Below are positions 14,601 through 25,875 of a stretch of DNA of 64,000 nucleotides, one piece after another. The translations under genes were made by a program, and so were the position numbers. Source of the DNA: Fistulifera solaris (Eukaryota). The notes below the pieces were generated by a model, which was not told the DNA's origin, made no database searches, and worked only from the letters and a program-made list of their open reading frames with translations. Every line of letters begins with the position of its first letter. Position 1 is the first letter of the stretch. The stretch covers positions 744,001 through 808,000 of the forward strand of contig AP026145.1 of assembly GCA_030295235.1 (NCBI GenBank), read 5' to 3'.

Positions 14601-15472
14601 AAGATCTCGACGCCGTCGCAATGGGCAGTGCTGAGTGTTTTGATATTTCGGAACAACTTGTATCGGTGGCTGCGAAACGTGGAACATGGGTCATGCTCAA
14701 GAACGTACACCTGTGCGCCGACTGGCTCCGCGAATCGTTTGTCAAAAAGCTTCAATCACTCAGCCCCGCAAATACACACAAAGATTTTCGCATCTTCATT
14801 ACGAGCGAAATCAATCCGCGTCTCCCGACCGGTCTACTTCGTATCTGTGATACGATTGTTGCACAGGCGCCTACAGGAATTAAGGCTTCCATGACGCGTT
14901 TCTTTACCAGCATAGCCAAAGAACGATTTCATTTACAAGTTCGCAGTCGTCTTTATTTACTGCTGGGTTGGGTCCATGCAGTCATTCAAGAACGTCTTCG
15001 CTTCGTACCAAACGGCTGGACCGAGGCCTATGAATTCACCGAAGCGGATGCACTTCATGCGTTGGATGTGATAGATAGTCTGTTGGAGGATGCGGGTCAA
15101 TCACTCGATCCCGAAAAGTTGCCGTGGGACGCTATACGCTCGACGTTACAGCGAGGTGTTTTTGGTGGTCGTGTGACGACGCCTCGTGACCAGCAGGTTC
15201 TCGACGATTTGATTGCGACCGTTTTTGTTCCGGAAGCATACAATGTGAACTTTGTTGTTGTCAAGAGCGACAACGTCGTATTACCCGAAACCACCACCCG
15301 CGAAACGTGTTTAGATTGGATTTCTCACCTTCCGGAGCACACACCGCCGACTTGGATTGGCCTGGACGCGAGTGCCGAAGTGGAACGAGAACAGAGGATG
15401 GCCCGATCAGTGAACGAGAAAGTCTCGATTCTGCAGGAAAAGTGTGACAGTGTTGATGGCAATGAGAACTAA
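2635..15472 (+). CDS. DYNC1H1: Cytoplasmic dynein-1 heavy chain
   Basis: AAA1 GPAGTGKTE and CFDEFNR, AAA3 GPPGSGKT, AAA4 GDSGAGKT, stalk/MTBD (SKACGPLYKWA), AAA5 RFPLIIDPSGQA, AAA6 WVMLKNVHL. Introns 2667-2738, 4239-4307, 8739-8802, 9563-9628. Homopolymer frameshifts near 3578, 7293, 11059 and 12547 join ORFs 2707, 3405, 7243, 8777, 9674, 11103 and 12593. Confidence 0.95.
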
Positions 15473-15780
15473 TATAAACATTTCTGTTCGAAATGAAACT
15501 AAATTACATTCTTTTAATCTTAGCTGCATCGAAAGAACGAGATAAAAAGGTAATGATGCAATGTAATTCTGGCTCTATAGTCTAGCCGGCTACTGAGTAC
15601 AGAACTACGAGGAAAAAAGGTTAGGGCCTATAAATAATGATGTATGACCGCTACGACGAGAAGAGCAATTATGCTTAGCAGAGTTGAATATGATTTTTGC
15701 CAACATCATTCATTATTTTGATTATTGCAGCCTTGATTGGAGCAAGCATCATTTCTCCCCTTACTCTCTTCTCCTTTAAC

Positions 15781-17318
15781 ATGCCAAAGATCAATACTAG
15801 CCCCTTATTTGAAGTCATTCCATGCCTTCTTCGGAAACCGGAGCAAGTGGCGCGCTGGAGACCTGGGATCGAATGGCCGACGTACCGATTCCTGCGCGAG
15901 CCGGAGAATCTCTCCGAAATCAATCAATACCAGCACGCCATGGTTTCTTTCGCTCGACAATGGTACCTTAGCGTAAGTGTCACCCCGCGGAAACAATGAT
16001 GTTCCGCTTCAAGAGTCTTTGTCGTTGCACTTGGTGACAAAGGTCTCGCCATTCACATTGTCGGTAAAACGGACTAGGTTGTCGCCCAAACGGCAGCATT
16101 CTTCATGGACTTGGAGGAAAAGAAGACAGAGTCGAAAGAGGATCCCAACAATATTTTTAATTTAGTGCGGGAGACCGTATCTTTGATTTTCGTGCCGCCG
16201 AAGCTCTGTGCTTCACCTGCATGTTGGAGGCAGTTCCTTGCGGAAGGTGATATTGTGTGATATTATACTCAGTGATGTACAGGCCTTTGCCCTCGGAATC
16301 TGTCCGACATTGACACAAATGACCTTTGAGAACTGTTGGTTCCAAGACGGGGCGAGACGTTTGTCGATGTGCTCGAACATCGCCAAACGCGCCTGGGCAC
16401 CTTGTCGTTTCCGTACAATACGCCGTTTCACAAGGATCATCTGAAACGCCTCATCCAAGCCAATAAGGCAGAACAGTTGATATTGCCTCGGTTGGATGAC
16501 GAGCTGGATCTTTGCCAATTTCGGCACCAGTCCAGTCGCTGACCTACGAAGTTGCCTTCTCATCCTTGGTGGGGACCGATTTTGAAAACGTGAACATTGA
16601 GACCGACAAACTGTTTCTTTCGGTCTACAATGAAAGTGACGATTTTCCCACGGAACTCATGATTTCCATTTGGAAACGCATTGGTGCTTTAGGTCATTTT
16701 AAAGAGTTGGGAGTCCGAGTCCCAGTCGACCAGGAAGTATACGAACAATTTGGCTGTGAAGTGGCAAACAGCAGGGTTATGAAGGAAGCTATCCGTGCCA
16801 TAATTGCATATCCTGGTTTGACGACTCTTCAATTCGGTGATCCTGACGGATGTGAGGATTGGGATTCTTATTTGGAGGATCTGTTTGACAAGCAGGAGGA
16901 AACAAAACGCTTCGAACATTGAAAGTGCATTTGCTCGATGAAGAATGTACATTTGACTCGGACTATGATCTTCTTCTTCATTTCGCACAATAGATTTATC
17001 ACGGTGATGAATGACGACGAAGAAATATACACCGATGGGTTGCATGTCGATGCGCTCTATGCGTTGAATCGTTTTTATCGCGGCTTGCTGGATCTAAAGG
17101 TGGAAACTCCTTCGGAACGGCCATTATTGGTGGCGACTACTTTGACGAAAGGCGCTTCCAGTAGTTTTCAGCGCATGGCTCTTTTGCTGTCCGATCATAC
17201 GGATACATTGTGTGAACTCACTCAATTTGGCGACGAGCTTGACAATCCTTCACCATCGATCCAAGTTCGAGCTCCGAAACGGAACCGGAGTCGAAAGAAG
17301 CAGCGAGGACGCAAGTAG
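15781..17318 (+). CDS. Fragmented member of a diatom lineage-expanded hypothetical protein family (degenerate LRR-like); frameshifted gene or pseudogene
   Basis: Successive ORF pieces (15697, 16208, 16336, 16512, 16938) read as one protein, MPKINTSPLFEVIP...LYALNRFYRG...FQRMALLLSDHTDTLCEL...RSRKKQRGRK. From memory this resembles an abundant Fistulifera hypothetical family. At least 4 frame changes. Confidence 0.55.
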
Positions 17319-17669
17319 AAGACTTGCGATTGATGCAGGGACTAACCTCTTTTGAATTTCACTTGTACGTTGACTTAATCGTGTGCAACCTTAGTTCCGT
17401 AAAATTATTTTCTTTAGGCTATTCTGCTAATGCTACTGATGCTAGCTGGAGCTTTATACGTAGCATCGTTTTCCAAAATATCGCTCATTGCTGAGCATTT
17501 GTAAACACGCCTCAACTAAGATACGAAGTAGCCGAAACGTGCTTATTGTTGTTTCTAGGCCAGCAATGGCTCGTGATTCATTCGGCTCATGACGACTCCT
17601 CGCTCCTCGATCATCGATCAAAATACCTCATTATCGAGTAATATTATAGTCGACAAAATCCTCGGTTGG

Positions 17670-18110
17670 TTACCTTCGTAAAACGCGAACAGCGGACCGG
17701 TAAACAGAGCTCCACCCACTCTTTGTAAAACGGCTGGCTGAGCACCCTCAATGATTTATGACCTGGGTGAATCTGAAGGTACCACGCCATGGCATGAAGT
17801 AAGCCCGCAAGGCGCAACAAGCGTCCAGTTCCAGTCCACGATTGATTCGCTTTCTTCGTTTGATCCTGGTCTTGAGCCGTCCATATCACAGAAGTATAGT
17901 ACATAAAACACAGTAATGGAGCATACATCAAAGCTCCCGGTGCATCGATTTGAAAGTAATAAACAAGGTAGAAAACGGTCGTGACGGTAGCCCAAGAAGG
18001 ATGGTGTGGGGCTCTTGACCATTTTAACGTCATCCTTGTTGTGAGAGGCAAATGCGATTGAAAGATCAAGATGGTCCACACAATAATGGGCACACCAAAG
18101 AAAGTTAACA
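17670..18110 (-). pseudogene. DUF962/Mpo1-like membrane protein fragment
   Basis: FFGVPIIVW...LHAMAWYLQIHPGHK, then in a shifted frame IEGAQPAVLQ...PLFAFYEG, matching the Mpo1 Q-x-x-GH...EGxxPA pattern. The N-terminal His-containing segment is not visible. Confidence 0.5.
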
Positions 18111-18751
18111 GAAGGAGAGAAAGAGTCTCGATAAACAAGATAGATCAACTAGACCTAAATTCAATGTAATTCACGATACTTTATTCACAGTAAACCAACA
18201 CGGAGTAATCCGCAACAATACAAACGTCTCATCCTATTATTTGTTCTTATTTGCCCAAACGAAGACACATCACACTGAATTTCCGTCTATCTCAATAACT
18301 AACATCACAGATTTTCTGTATTTCCGTTTGTCTAACTTTTTTTACAAAAAGATCAATACTGTACCAATAAGAGACTCAATCACTTTTCCGCCTCTTAAGG
18401 CGCCAGCCAACAATCGAGTATATTATATTGAGTAGTTCAAAGACGATTTTGACCTAGTACTTGAGAGCCGAACAGTTTTGATGCTGTACACTTTACATGA
18501 GATTTGTCTGGCTCGGGGCTCGGGGCCTTATTGACCCTTGACCGTTCCTCTTTTTCTCGTTTGACCATGATGCTGCAAATGTAAAGGGCAACTATTTTTT
18601 GACAGGCATTTGTTTCATGCACAACAGTTAACTAGTCACCACCCATTCGAATCCTGCGTATGTTAGCATTTTTCGAGGCTAAATCATGACATAGCGGAAA
18701 GAAAACTTCATTAGGGAGGCGAGACACCGAGATCCCCGACCCAAAATAATC

Positions 18752-20296
18752 ATGTCGAGCATTCGCACCAACCGCCCTTCACCCTTCAAGGATTCTTCGA
18801 ACATAGTAGCAACAATCGATGTCGAATCGGGATTTTCGTCTCATACTTACGAAAAGCGGTTGCTGGAAAAAGCACGACAGATCTGGGCTCGAAAAGCCGC
18901 CACGGCCAGTGCGATCGCCATTGTCGTATTGCTCGTCGTGGGCGTTTCCTTTTTCGTCTCGTCACGACGTGGTCTTGGTCGCAATCATTCTTATTTGCCA
19001 TTTCGACGGCTACCAGTGTCGGATACGGTCATATTCATACACCACGAACGACTCTATTTCAACTCTTTTGTCTCTTTACATACTGGTGGGTTTCGCGCTG
19101 CTGGCGTTGGTGGCGGCCCAGCTTTATCAGTACTTCACTCTGGACGATGCGATCGAAACATCCGAAACTAAACGACCCAGCGGTCGGGCCTCGCCCACAA
19201 ATCCTACAAGGTCCAAACACAGCGAAATATTCGGTCTCTGGGAAGGAGAAATCAAAAGGGCGTTTCGTCAAACACATCATGAGCGAGCCCTTTCCGTCGG
19301 CGTCCCTCTCTTTCTCGTCTTTTTCAGTGGTACGATCGTCATTGGAACCGCCGAAGAATGGAGTTTTCACGAAGCATTGTACTTTGCCGTAGTATCGTCT
19401 ACGTCCGTGGGGTACGGTGATTTTACTCCCAAAACGACTCTGAGTATTTGGGTCACCTGCATCTGGTTGCCCTGCAGCATCCTCTTCATGTCCATCAGCA
19501 TGGGGACGATGGCTCAGTGGTATTTAAAAGATTGGCGGTACAGAGCCAGCATTCTGCGGTTTGCTCATGCAGGAGGACCGCACGTATTACCCACGGTACT
19601 TTTATTTGCTGGGGCGCTTCTGATTGGGCAGATTGAGGAATGGACGTTCCTGGAATCCGTTTATTTTGCGGTGGTGAGTTCCTGCACCGTTGGCTACGGG
19701 GATTTTCATCCGAGCACGACCATTGGCATGACGCTAACGATGATATGGCTGCCTTGTAGCATTTTGTCCATCTCGGTGTATATGAGTGTGGTGGCCCGGC
19801 TGTTTCTGCGTCTCAGTAACCAAATGAATGAAGAACTGGACCGCTGGATTCGACAAAGAAACACCCATATCGTGTCCGCGTGTGGTGGGGTCATCGTCGT
19901 GGCACTCCCGCTACTTCTTACATTACTGACGGGTGCTTTTCTGGTGGGGCACGCGGAGCGATGGTCGTTCGTGGAATCCGTCTATTTTGCGTTGGTGAGC
20001 TCTTTTACAATTGGTAAGTCAACAGATGTTTATTTCTCATAGTCGAAACTGCACACCGACTGACGATCGCACTTTCACTAGGCTACGGAGATTACCATCC
20101 GAGGACGACGTTGGGCATGGTTTTCACGTGTGCGTGGCTGCCTTGTAATCTCGTTTTTACTTCTGTCTACATGGGCTCGATTGCACAGTGGTATTTATCC
20201 TGGAGCGCAAAGAAGATACAACGATTGGAAGACCAACTGCGGCGACATGGATCGGAGGAATTTGACACCGAGAAAACTATTATTTCTTCTTCGTAA
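18752..20296 (+). CDS. Potassium channel with four pore domains (predicted 8TM/4P, ~492 aa after correction)
   Basis: Filters TSVGYGH (19012-19032, third frame), TSVGYGD (19401-19421), CTVGYGD (19683-19703) and FTIG|YGD split by intron 20014-20081. Each is flanked by two hydrophobic helices. Two T-run indels (18950-18954; 19066-19077) must be repaired. Confidence 0.8.
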
Positions 20297-20532
20297 AAAC
20301 GCACCGATCGTAAACGGTAAAATGAATTTCGGAAGAAAAACAACCCTAAACTAAACCTAATAGACGAATAATTTTAGAGAAGGCTCTCATTCGCGACACT
20401 AAAATTCGCAGTGAAGAACTTGCTACCTACTTGGTCTTTGCGAATACATAATCATAACTGTCTAATAATTAAATTGACCAGATTGCAGAGCCAACGCAGA
20501 TTTTAAACCTCCTCAACAAAACAAAGAACTGT

Positions 20533-21174
20533 TTAAGCACAGCATCCTTTCTTCTTCTTGCCTCCATCGGACAGAGAGATGGTTTGACCGGCACTCAACG
20601 AGCTGCCCGCCGCGGCTTCCTCGGCTTGCATGTTACGGCGCGACATGAGACGGTAGATTTCCGTCAAAATTCGTTGAAAGGCAGTGTCCACACCACTGGC
20701 ATCCAACGCCGATGTCTCAATGAACGCCAGATTGTGCTGTTCCGAAAAGGCCATCGCTTCGTCCGTTTCTACGGCACGCAAGTGTCGAAGATCGGACTTA
20801 TTACCCACCAACATGACTACAATGTTGGCTTCCGCGTGATCTCGAAGTTCTTTCAACCAACGCTCCACATTTTCAAAGGTCGGGTGCTTGGAAATGTCGT
20901 AGACCAACAAGGCACCGACCGCCCCGCGATAGTAGGCGGACGTGATCGCACGGTAACGTTCTTGTCCAGCGGTATCCCAAATTTGCGCCTTGATCGTCTT
21001 TCCTTCCGCCTGAATGGATTTTGTGGCAAATTCGACACCAATCGTCGACTTGGATTCCAAGTTAAACTCGTTTCGGGTGAAACGAGACAGCAAATTCGAT
21101 TTGCCCACGCCACTGTCGCCAATGAGCACAATTTTGAAGAGGTAATCGTATTCTTCGTCAACGCGCGATCCCAT
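20533..21174 (-). CDS. RAB11: Rab11 small GTPase
   Basis: [52 protein letters not shown]-terminal CCA prenylation motif. Confidence 0.97.
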   Translation of the reverse strand: MGSRVDEEYDYLFKIVLIGDSGVGKSNLLSRFTRNEFNLESKSTIGVEFATKSIQAEGKTIKAQIWDTAGQERYRAITSAYYRGAVGALLVYDISKHPTFENVERWLKELRDHAEANIVVMLVGNKSDLRHLRAVETDEAMAFSEQHNLAFIETSALDASGVDTAFQRILTEIYRLMSRRNMQAEEAAAGSSLSAGQTISLSDGGKKKKGCCA

Positions 21175-21952
21175 GGTAATGTTTATTAGCTGTAAATGAG
21201 TAACAGAAGCACAAGTGAGGAAAGGAAAATGCTTGTTATAGAAGAGGGCAACGACAGCTCGCTCGAATGAATTATTACTCAGTCAACGGCATTGTGGACG
21301 GTCATTCCGTTTGTACAGAAAGAACTATAGTAATACGTGACGTCAACCTTGGACACCGTTGAACGGGCGAATTATTTTCCTCCTCGAAAGGAAGGCCCCC
21401 GCGCAACCATTGCAACAAAAACAACAATCATGATGTGCATGATGTGAAAAGACAAGTCAAACGACAGCCACAGCATACCTCGATGAAAAAATAAAGACTT
21501 CTTTTGCTCGTGTAAAGTGTGCGTTGCACGTTTTTTTGCAACACTCCTCGCGGAACGGAATGGCGAACCGGACGGTCTTTTTACAGTACAAGTAGTCTTA
21601 TCTATGAAAAGTGTTCGACCGTTAGATCGTACAGTAATATAGGACCAACGAAAATAATAGTACTCTTATTGAATTCAACTGCTTGTTCCGGTACTTCTTT
21701 ATTTCGTGACTACAGTACCGGTACGAGCTTTTCTAGTTGACGATCTACGGACCTCAACGGACTACTCAACAATGGATAGTGGATGGCCGTCGCAGCACGT
21801 CAGAGCTCATTCGTTCTCTCTTTTTCTCATTCCAATCCCATCACAAATTATCCAACAGCCGACGACTCTTTCACCAATTAATTCCAGGAGTGCCTTCGAT
21901 TGGTACATACTTTCATAGTATTGGGACTAACCTATTAAATTTAGACGCCGCC

Positions 21953-24409
21953 ATGAGGATAAAAACGATCGTATATTGCCTGCTCCCCTGGACCCACGCG
22001 TTGATTGTGACGAGCCCACCACCGCGCCATCGGCACACAACTCGATACGCCACGGTGGAAGCCATTTTAGAAGATTCGCGCGTCCAGTTCGATATGGATA
22101 TTGCCGTCTTTTGCGGAGGACTCGCCTTTGATGCTTACGTGGAACCACCGGCCGATAGCAGTCGCTGGGAAACGGGTAGCAAGGGATGGAAAGTGGCCTT
22201 TTGTTCCGAGGCGTTTACACGGAATCTCTACCAAGGATTGGTCAAGGTGAAGGTCAAAAAAATCCTCGACTTACCCAGTAGTCCCGATGGTGACAACGCC
22301 GCCGAACAAATTGTGACAGGCAAGGGTGTCGACGCGTGTTTGCTCGTCGCTGTATTGGAGGGTCACTGGAAGGAAGATATCGATTTGCTGGAGAAGGAGC
22401 AGTATCACGATGGAGTCTTGGGATTGACGGGGGCCGCACATGTTGGAAGGACTAGTACGGCATGGTCGAATGTGGATGAGCGGGCGAGTCAACAAAGCCT
22501 GAAACAGCGGGGCGAACCGAAGCCGTATCATATTCCTGCCACGTGGGGCAAAGGTGGCATAGCCGTATGGCCGGAAGCACCACCGCAGGACCGGAAGCAG
22601 GTCAAGGAATCCGACAGTCCTAAGAAAGGGCGCATCACGAATCGGAGCAATCAATTTTTTCTTTACGTTCAAGATCCCAGCACAGCGCGGCTGGTCTTTA
22701 CCGTAGCGGATGACAATCGAGTTGGAGGTCTGGTAGGCGTAGGGTCGACTCATAAGCGTTTAACCAGCCTCATTCCCAAAGCAGCAAATGCACCGGAGCA
22801 GTGGATGGACGAGTGGAAGAAAGCAATGATCGAACAGGCCCGTCGAAAGGGTGAAACAGATGAGTTCGAGGTGCCAGCGATAGATCCTTCCAAATTAGGA
22901 GCTTCATGGGAAGGAAAGCTGAAACTCATATCGAAACCACGAAAGAAGAGCAAGCAGGGACAAATTATGACCGGAGTTGCCGCAGGGGCGGCCGTGGCGG
23001 GTCCCATGGGAGCTGCCGCTGGATTTGTGATTGGGAATTTGTACGAGGGACAGGTGCAAGGCGTCATTGAGTGCGAATTGAATTATTTACCGATTTTGCC
23101 AAATCCAGCGGCACGACGACCGGTGTATACGGTCAAGGGAGGAATGCCGGGAATTGACTGGGGTGAACTGTTCCAAAAGTACCAAACGCGCAAAAGTCAG
23201 TTATCGGAGACTTCCAGCCAGCCAACCCCGTCCGTGTCGGACATTGGGCAGAAACTGAGAGAGATGAAGGATCTTGAACATTGCTTCTTTGTGAATCATG
23301 ATATCACAGGCGGTACATGTGCTGTTTATCGATCGTTGGAGAAAAAGGTGATCGTCGTGTCGTTTCGAGGCACTTGTGAACCTGTGGACTTGTTTACCGA
23401 CACGACTTTAGTACAGGAGCCATGGATCGAAGGAGAGGATATGAAAGATCCAGAAATCATTAAAGTTCATTCTGGTTTTCGAACATCCATGGATTCCATT
23501 TCGAGGAGGTTGAAGGAGCTTATATTGGCGACACCGACACCGGGTGATGACATATCGGATTATGATATGCTGGTAACAGGTCATTCGCTGGGTGGTGCTC
23601 TCGCAACACTATTCACTGCCGACATAGGCGAACATGGAATCGATGCCGGTCGCGGTTTACCTCAATCGAAACCTTCTGATGTGTGGTGGAAGAGCATTGC
23701 CAACACTCTCATTGGCCAAAAGGCCGCAGATATGGAAGGCAAAAAACCTCCACGCCCGAAGTCATTATACTTGTACAACTTTGGAAGTCCCCGAGTCGGA
23801 AATGAACGCTTCCGTATCATGTTTGACTCTCTGCTCGCCGATGGCCGCATCACACAGGCCTACCGAGTGGTCAATGGCGAAGATGTGGTGGCGCGATTGC
23901 CCCGGACGGTCAATGCTCTCGTGTTCGGGAACGTTGGTTACGATCACGTGGGGACTACCGTCTTGGTCAAAGACCCTAGTCAAGCCGACGATGGCGAACC
24001 GTTATTGTGGGTCGAGGGCGAATCCGATGACAATACTTGTCCCGTACGCGATGGCATTGCGTTAACCAACCCTTTGAGTGAAGGGTCTTTGCTCGCCGAT
24101 CTAATCAATGCGACCAAGACTGTACTCAACGATGAAGACACCTCGAAGAATGCCGATCTATGGACCAAAGTCGGCAGCGCCGCCATGATGGTGACCGAAC
24201 GCATCAAAACGGTCTCCGCCAGTGACCTGGCGTCGGTGTTGGGTATCGATCAGAAGTTTACAGAACGTGAGGTTCGAATCATTCAGAGCCTTTTGGAAGG
24301 GAAAGCGGTAGCTCACCACATGGAAGATCAGTATTATGGATCAATGGGACGAGCGTGCGGATACAAAGCGGTAGTTGGTGAAGAACTTGTCGAGTTGCAA
24401 GATACTTAA
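21953..24409 (+). CDS. Class 3 lipase with long N-terminal region (C2-like segment) and probable signal/transit peptide
   Basis: VVSFRGT, VHSGF, VTGHSLGGALA (GxSxG), YNFGSPRVGN, RVVNGEDVVARLP, YDHVG. The leader MRIKTIVYCLLPWTHALIV is signal-like. Confidence 0.88.
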   Translation: MRIKTIVYCLLPWTHALIVTSPPPRHRHTTRYATVEAILEDSRVQFDMDIAVFCGGLAFDAYVEPPADSSRWETGSKGWKVAFCSEAFTRNLYQGLVKVKVKKILDLPSSPDGDNAAEQIVTGKGVDACLLVAVLEGHWKEDIDLLEKEQYHDGVLGLTGAAHVGRTSTAWSNVDERASQQSLKQRGEPKPYHIPATWGKGGIAVWPEAPPQDRKQVKESDSPKKGRITNRSNQFFLYVQDPSTARLVFTVADDNRVGGLVGVGSTHKRLTSLIPKAANAPEQWMDEWKKAMIEQARRKGETDEFEVPAIDPSKLGASWEGKLKLISKPRKKSKQGQIMTGVAAGAAVAGPMGAAAGFVIGNLYEGQVQGVIECELNYLPILPNPAARRPVYTVKGGMPGIDWGELFQKYQTRKSQLSETSSQPTPSVSDIGQKLREMKDLEHCFFVNHDITGGTCAVYRSLEKKVIVVSFRGTCEPVDLFTDTTLVQEPWIEGEDMKDPEIIKVHSGFRTSMDSISRRLKELILATPTPGDDISDYDMLVTGHSLGGALATLFTADIGEHGIDAGRGLPQSKPSDVWWKSIANTLIGQKAADMEGKKPPRPKSLYLYNFGSPRVGNERFRIMFDSLLADGRITQAYRVVNGEDVVARLPRTVNALVFGNVGYDHVGTTVLVKDPSQADDGEPLLWVEGESDDNTCPVRDGIALTNPLSEGSLLADLINATKTVLNDEDTSKNADLWTKVGSAAMMVTERIKTVSASDLASVLGIDQKFTEREVRIIQSLLEGKAVAHHMEDQYYGSMGRACGYKAVVGEELVELQDT

Positions 24410-24554
24410 GATTTTGAAGTGACGAGGCGGTAACGGTTTAAAAATAGAATAGATAACAGTTGGTTTTAGTATGTGTCATTAGCCTTTCTTGTTATTAATG
24501 TACAATAAGTTATGAAACAACATCCACAAAGGATGAATATGTGCATTTGTGTTT

Positions 24555-25175
24555 TCAGGATTGTTCCAGTAGTAAAGCAGCAGCACTGGCTTGCCCCATG
24601 GCCTGCGCAAAGAGGCGACTGGGTCGACTGATCGATTCGCAGCTGGTGCGAATGACTTCATCGGAGGATTGCGATTTTTGTAGGTCGAGAAGCAGTTCGG
24701 CCAATTCAAAACGCCGAACTTGTCGATCTTTGCTCATCGAGCGAGCGGTCCATCGTTCCATTCCGACACGGTTGGGTGCGGCGGTGATCCATCGTTGCAA
24801 GTGACTGCGCTCGGAGGGAGTCGATAGGAGCTGGAAGGGTTCGTGTTCGGACATGGCGCTCTTGCAAATCGTAAAGGAATGCTCCAACACCCGTTGATAG
24901 CTGAAGGGTGCCCGGTTTTGCGACTCGAATTGAATGATCGTTTTGGCCATGCCCATGGTATTTCGTTTGAACATTTTGTAATCGGCGGAGCTATACCATA
25001 GCTCCGCGCAGTCTTCACTGCACAGCATTTGGTTCTCGTGGTAGACATTGGCAATGTCGTCGAAGGAAACCGCCTTGGAAGAAGTAGTCGTCTTCGGCTC
25101 GGTTCTTTCCACAGTGACCGTCGATGAGACGGACGATGCGCAGTCGAGAAGTGATAGATCGCGTTGTACACCCAT
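24555..25175 (-). CDS. Diatom-type hypothetical protein (VSF...ELWYSxxDYxxFK family)
   Basis: Open ORF with the motif KAVSFDD...ELWYSSADYKMFK...SRPSRLFAQAMGQA, typical of a common diatom hypothetical family. Start taken at MGVQRDL. Confidence 0.65.
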   Translation of the reverse strand: MGVQRDLSLLDCASSVSSTVTVERTEPKTTTSSKAVSFDDIANVYHENQMLCSEDCAELWYSSADYKMFKRNTMGMAKTIIQFESQNRAPFSYQRVLEHSFTICKSAMSEHEPFQLLSTPSERSHLQRWITAAPNRVGMERWTARSMSKDRQVRRFELAELLLDLQKSQSSDEVIRTSCESISRPSRLFAQAMGQASAAALLLEQS

Positions 25176-25875
25176 TGTTTTCCGATGATTCTTCTTGGTG
25201 AAGTTGATTGCTAGTGTTAGCAACATTGAAAAGAAAGGAAAGGAAAAAATTGTGACAGCGGAACAGAAGCGAGAAGAAAGCAAGTGCGAATTCGGGTCTG
25301 GCATCGGGACATTTCCCCACTTCACCGAACACAAAGAACCGTCGAACGGATCTTTTCCGGGGAGTATTTTGTTTTTGAATTGTGAACTCTCTTTTTGTAG
25401 CTTTTCTTTGCTTTCATTTTGCTCCCCGTGTTTCTACGGACCTTTTTCCCGCATGCCGTTTTCGGCTTTCGGCCCAAGTTCTGTCGCCCAAGCAAATGGA
25501 TAGGGAAAATCCGACTATACGAAAAACAGTCGGACGCCTATCAGCGAAGGAGGAAGAATCCTACTTGGTGTACTTTATCATGTACAGTATCACTTCCCCG
25601 ATCATTTCCGATTAACCCTTAACCCCGACCCGTGTTCAACTAGCTCAGGACTCAACTATGGAGGAACCTTAGTTCGTAAAAACAAAAAAAAAGACGAGAT
25701 CCTAGTCAAAAAACCAAAGCTAGCTCCTAACAATGGCAAGCGTGCTTATAATTTACATACAGAAGAATTATAAAAGCAAGAGATACCGTTGAAAGGAAAG
25801 TTGAGCGTGCAAATAGCCTGTCAATGATGGAAAGGATGATTGTCCATGCTTCGACCACTGTCGAAACGATTGGTG

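Noticed and set aside
20340..20362. Telomere-like CAACCCTAAACTAAACCTAA (similar short motifs at ~15618 and ~25613)
   Set aside because: Only two to three degenerate units. Too short to call an interstitial telomere or regulatory telobox.
20584..21189. 201-aa + strand ORF antisense to Rab11, and similar long antisense ORFs over GPI, PPOX and dynein
   Set aside because: Shadow ORFs of conserved coding sequence with no motifs of their own.
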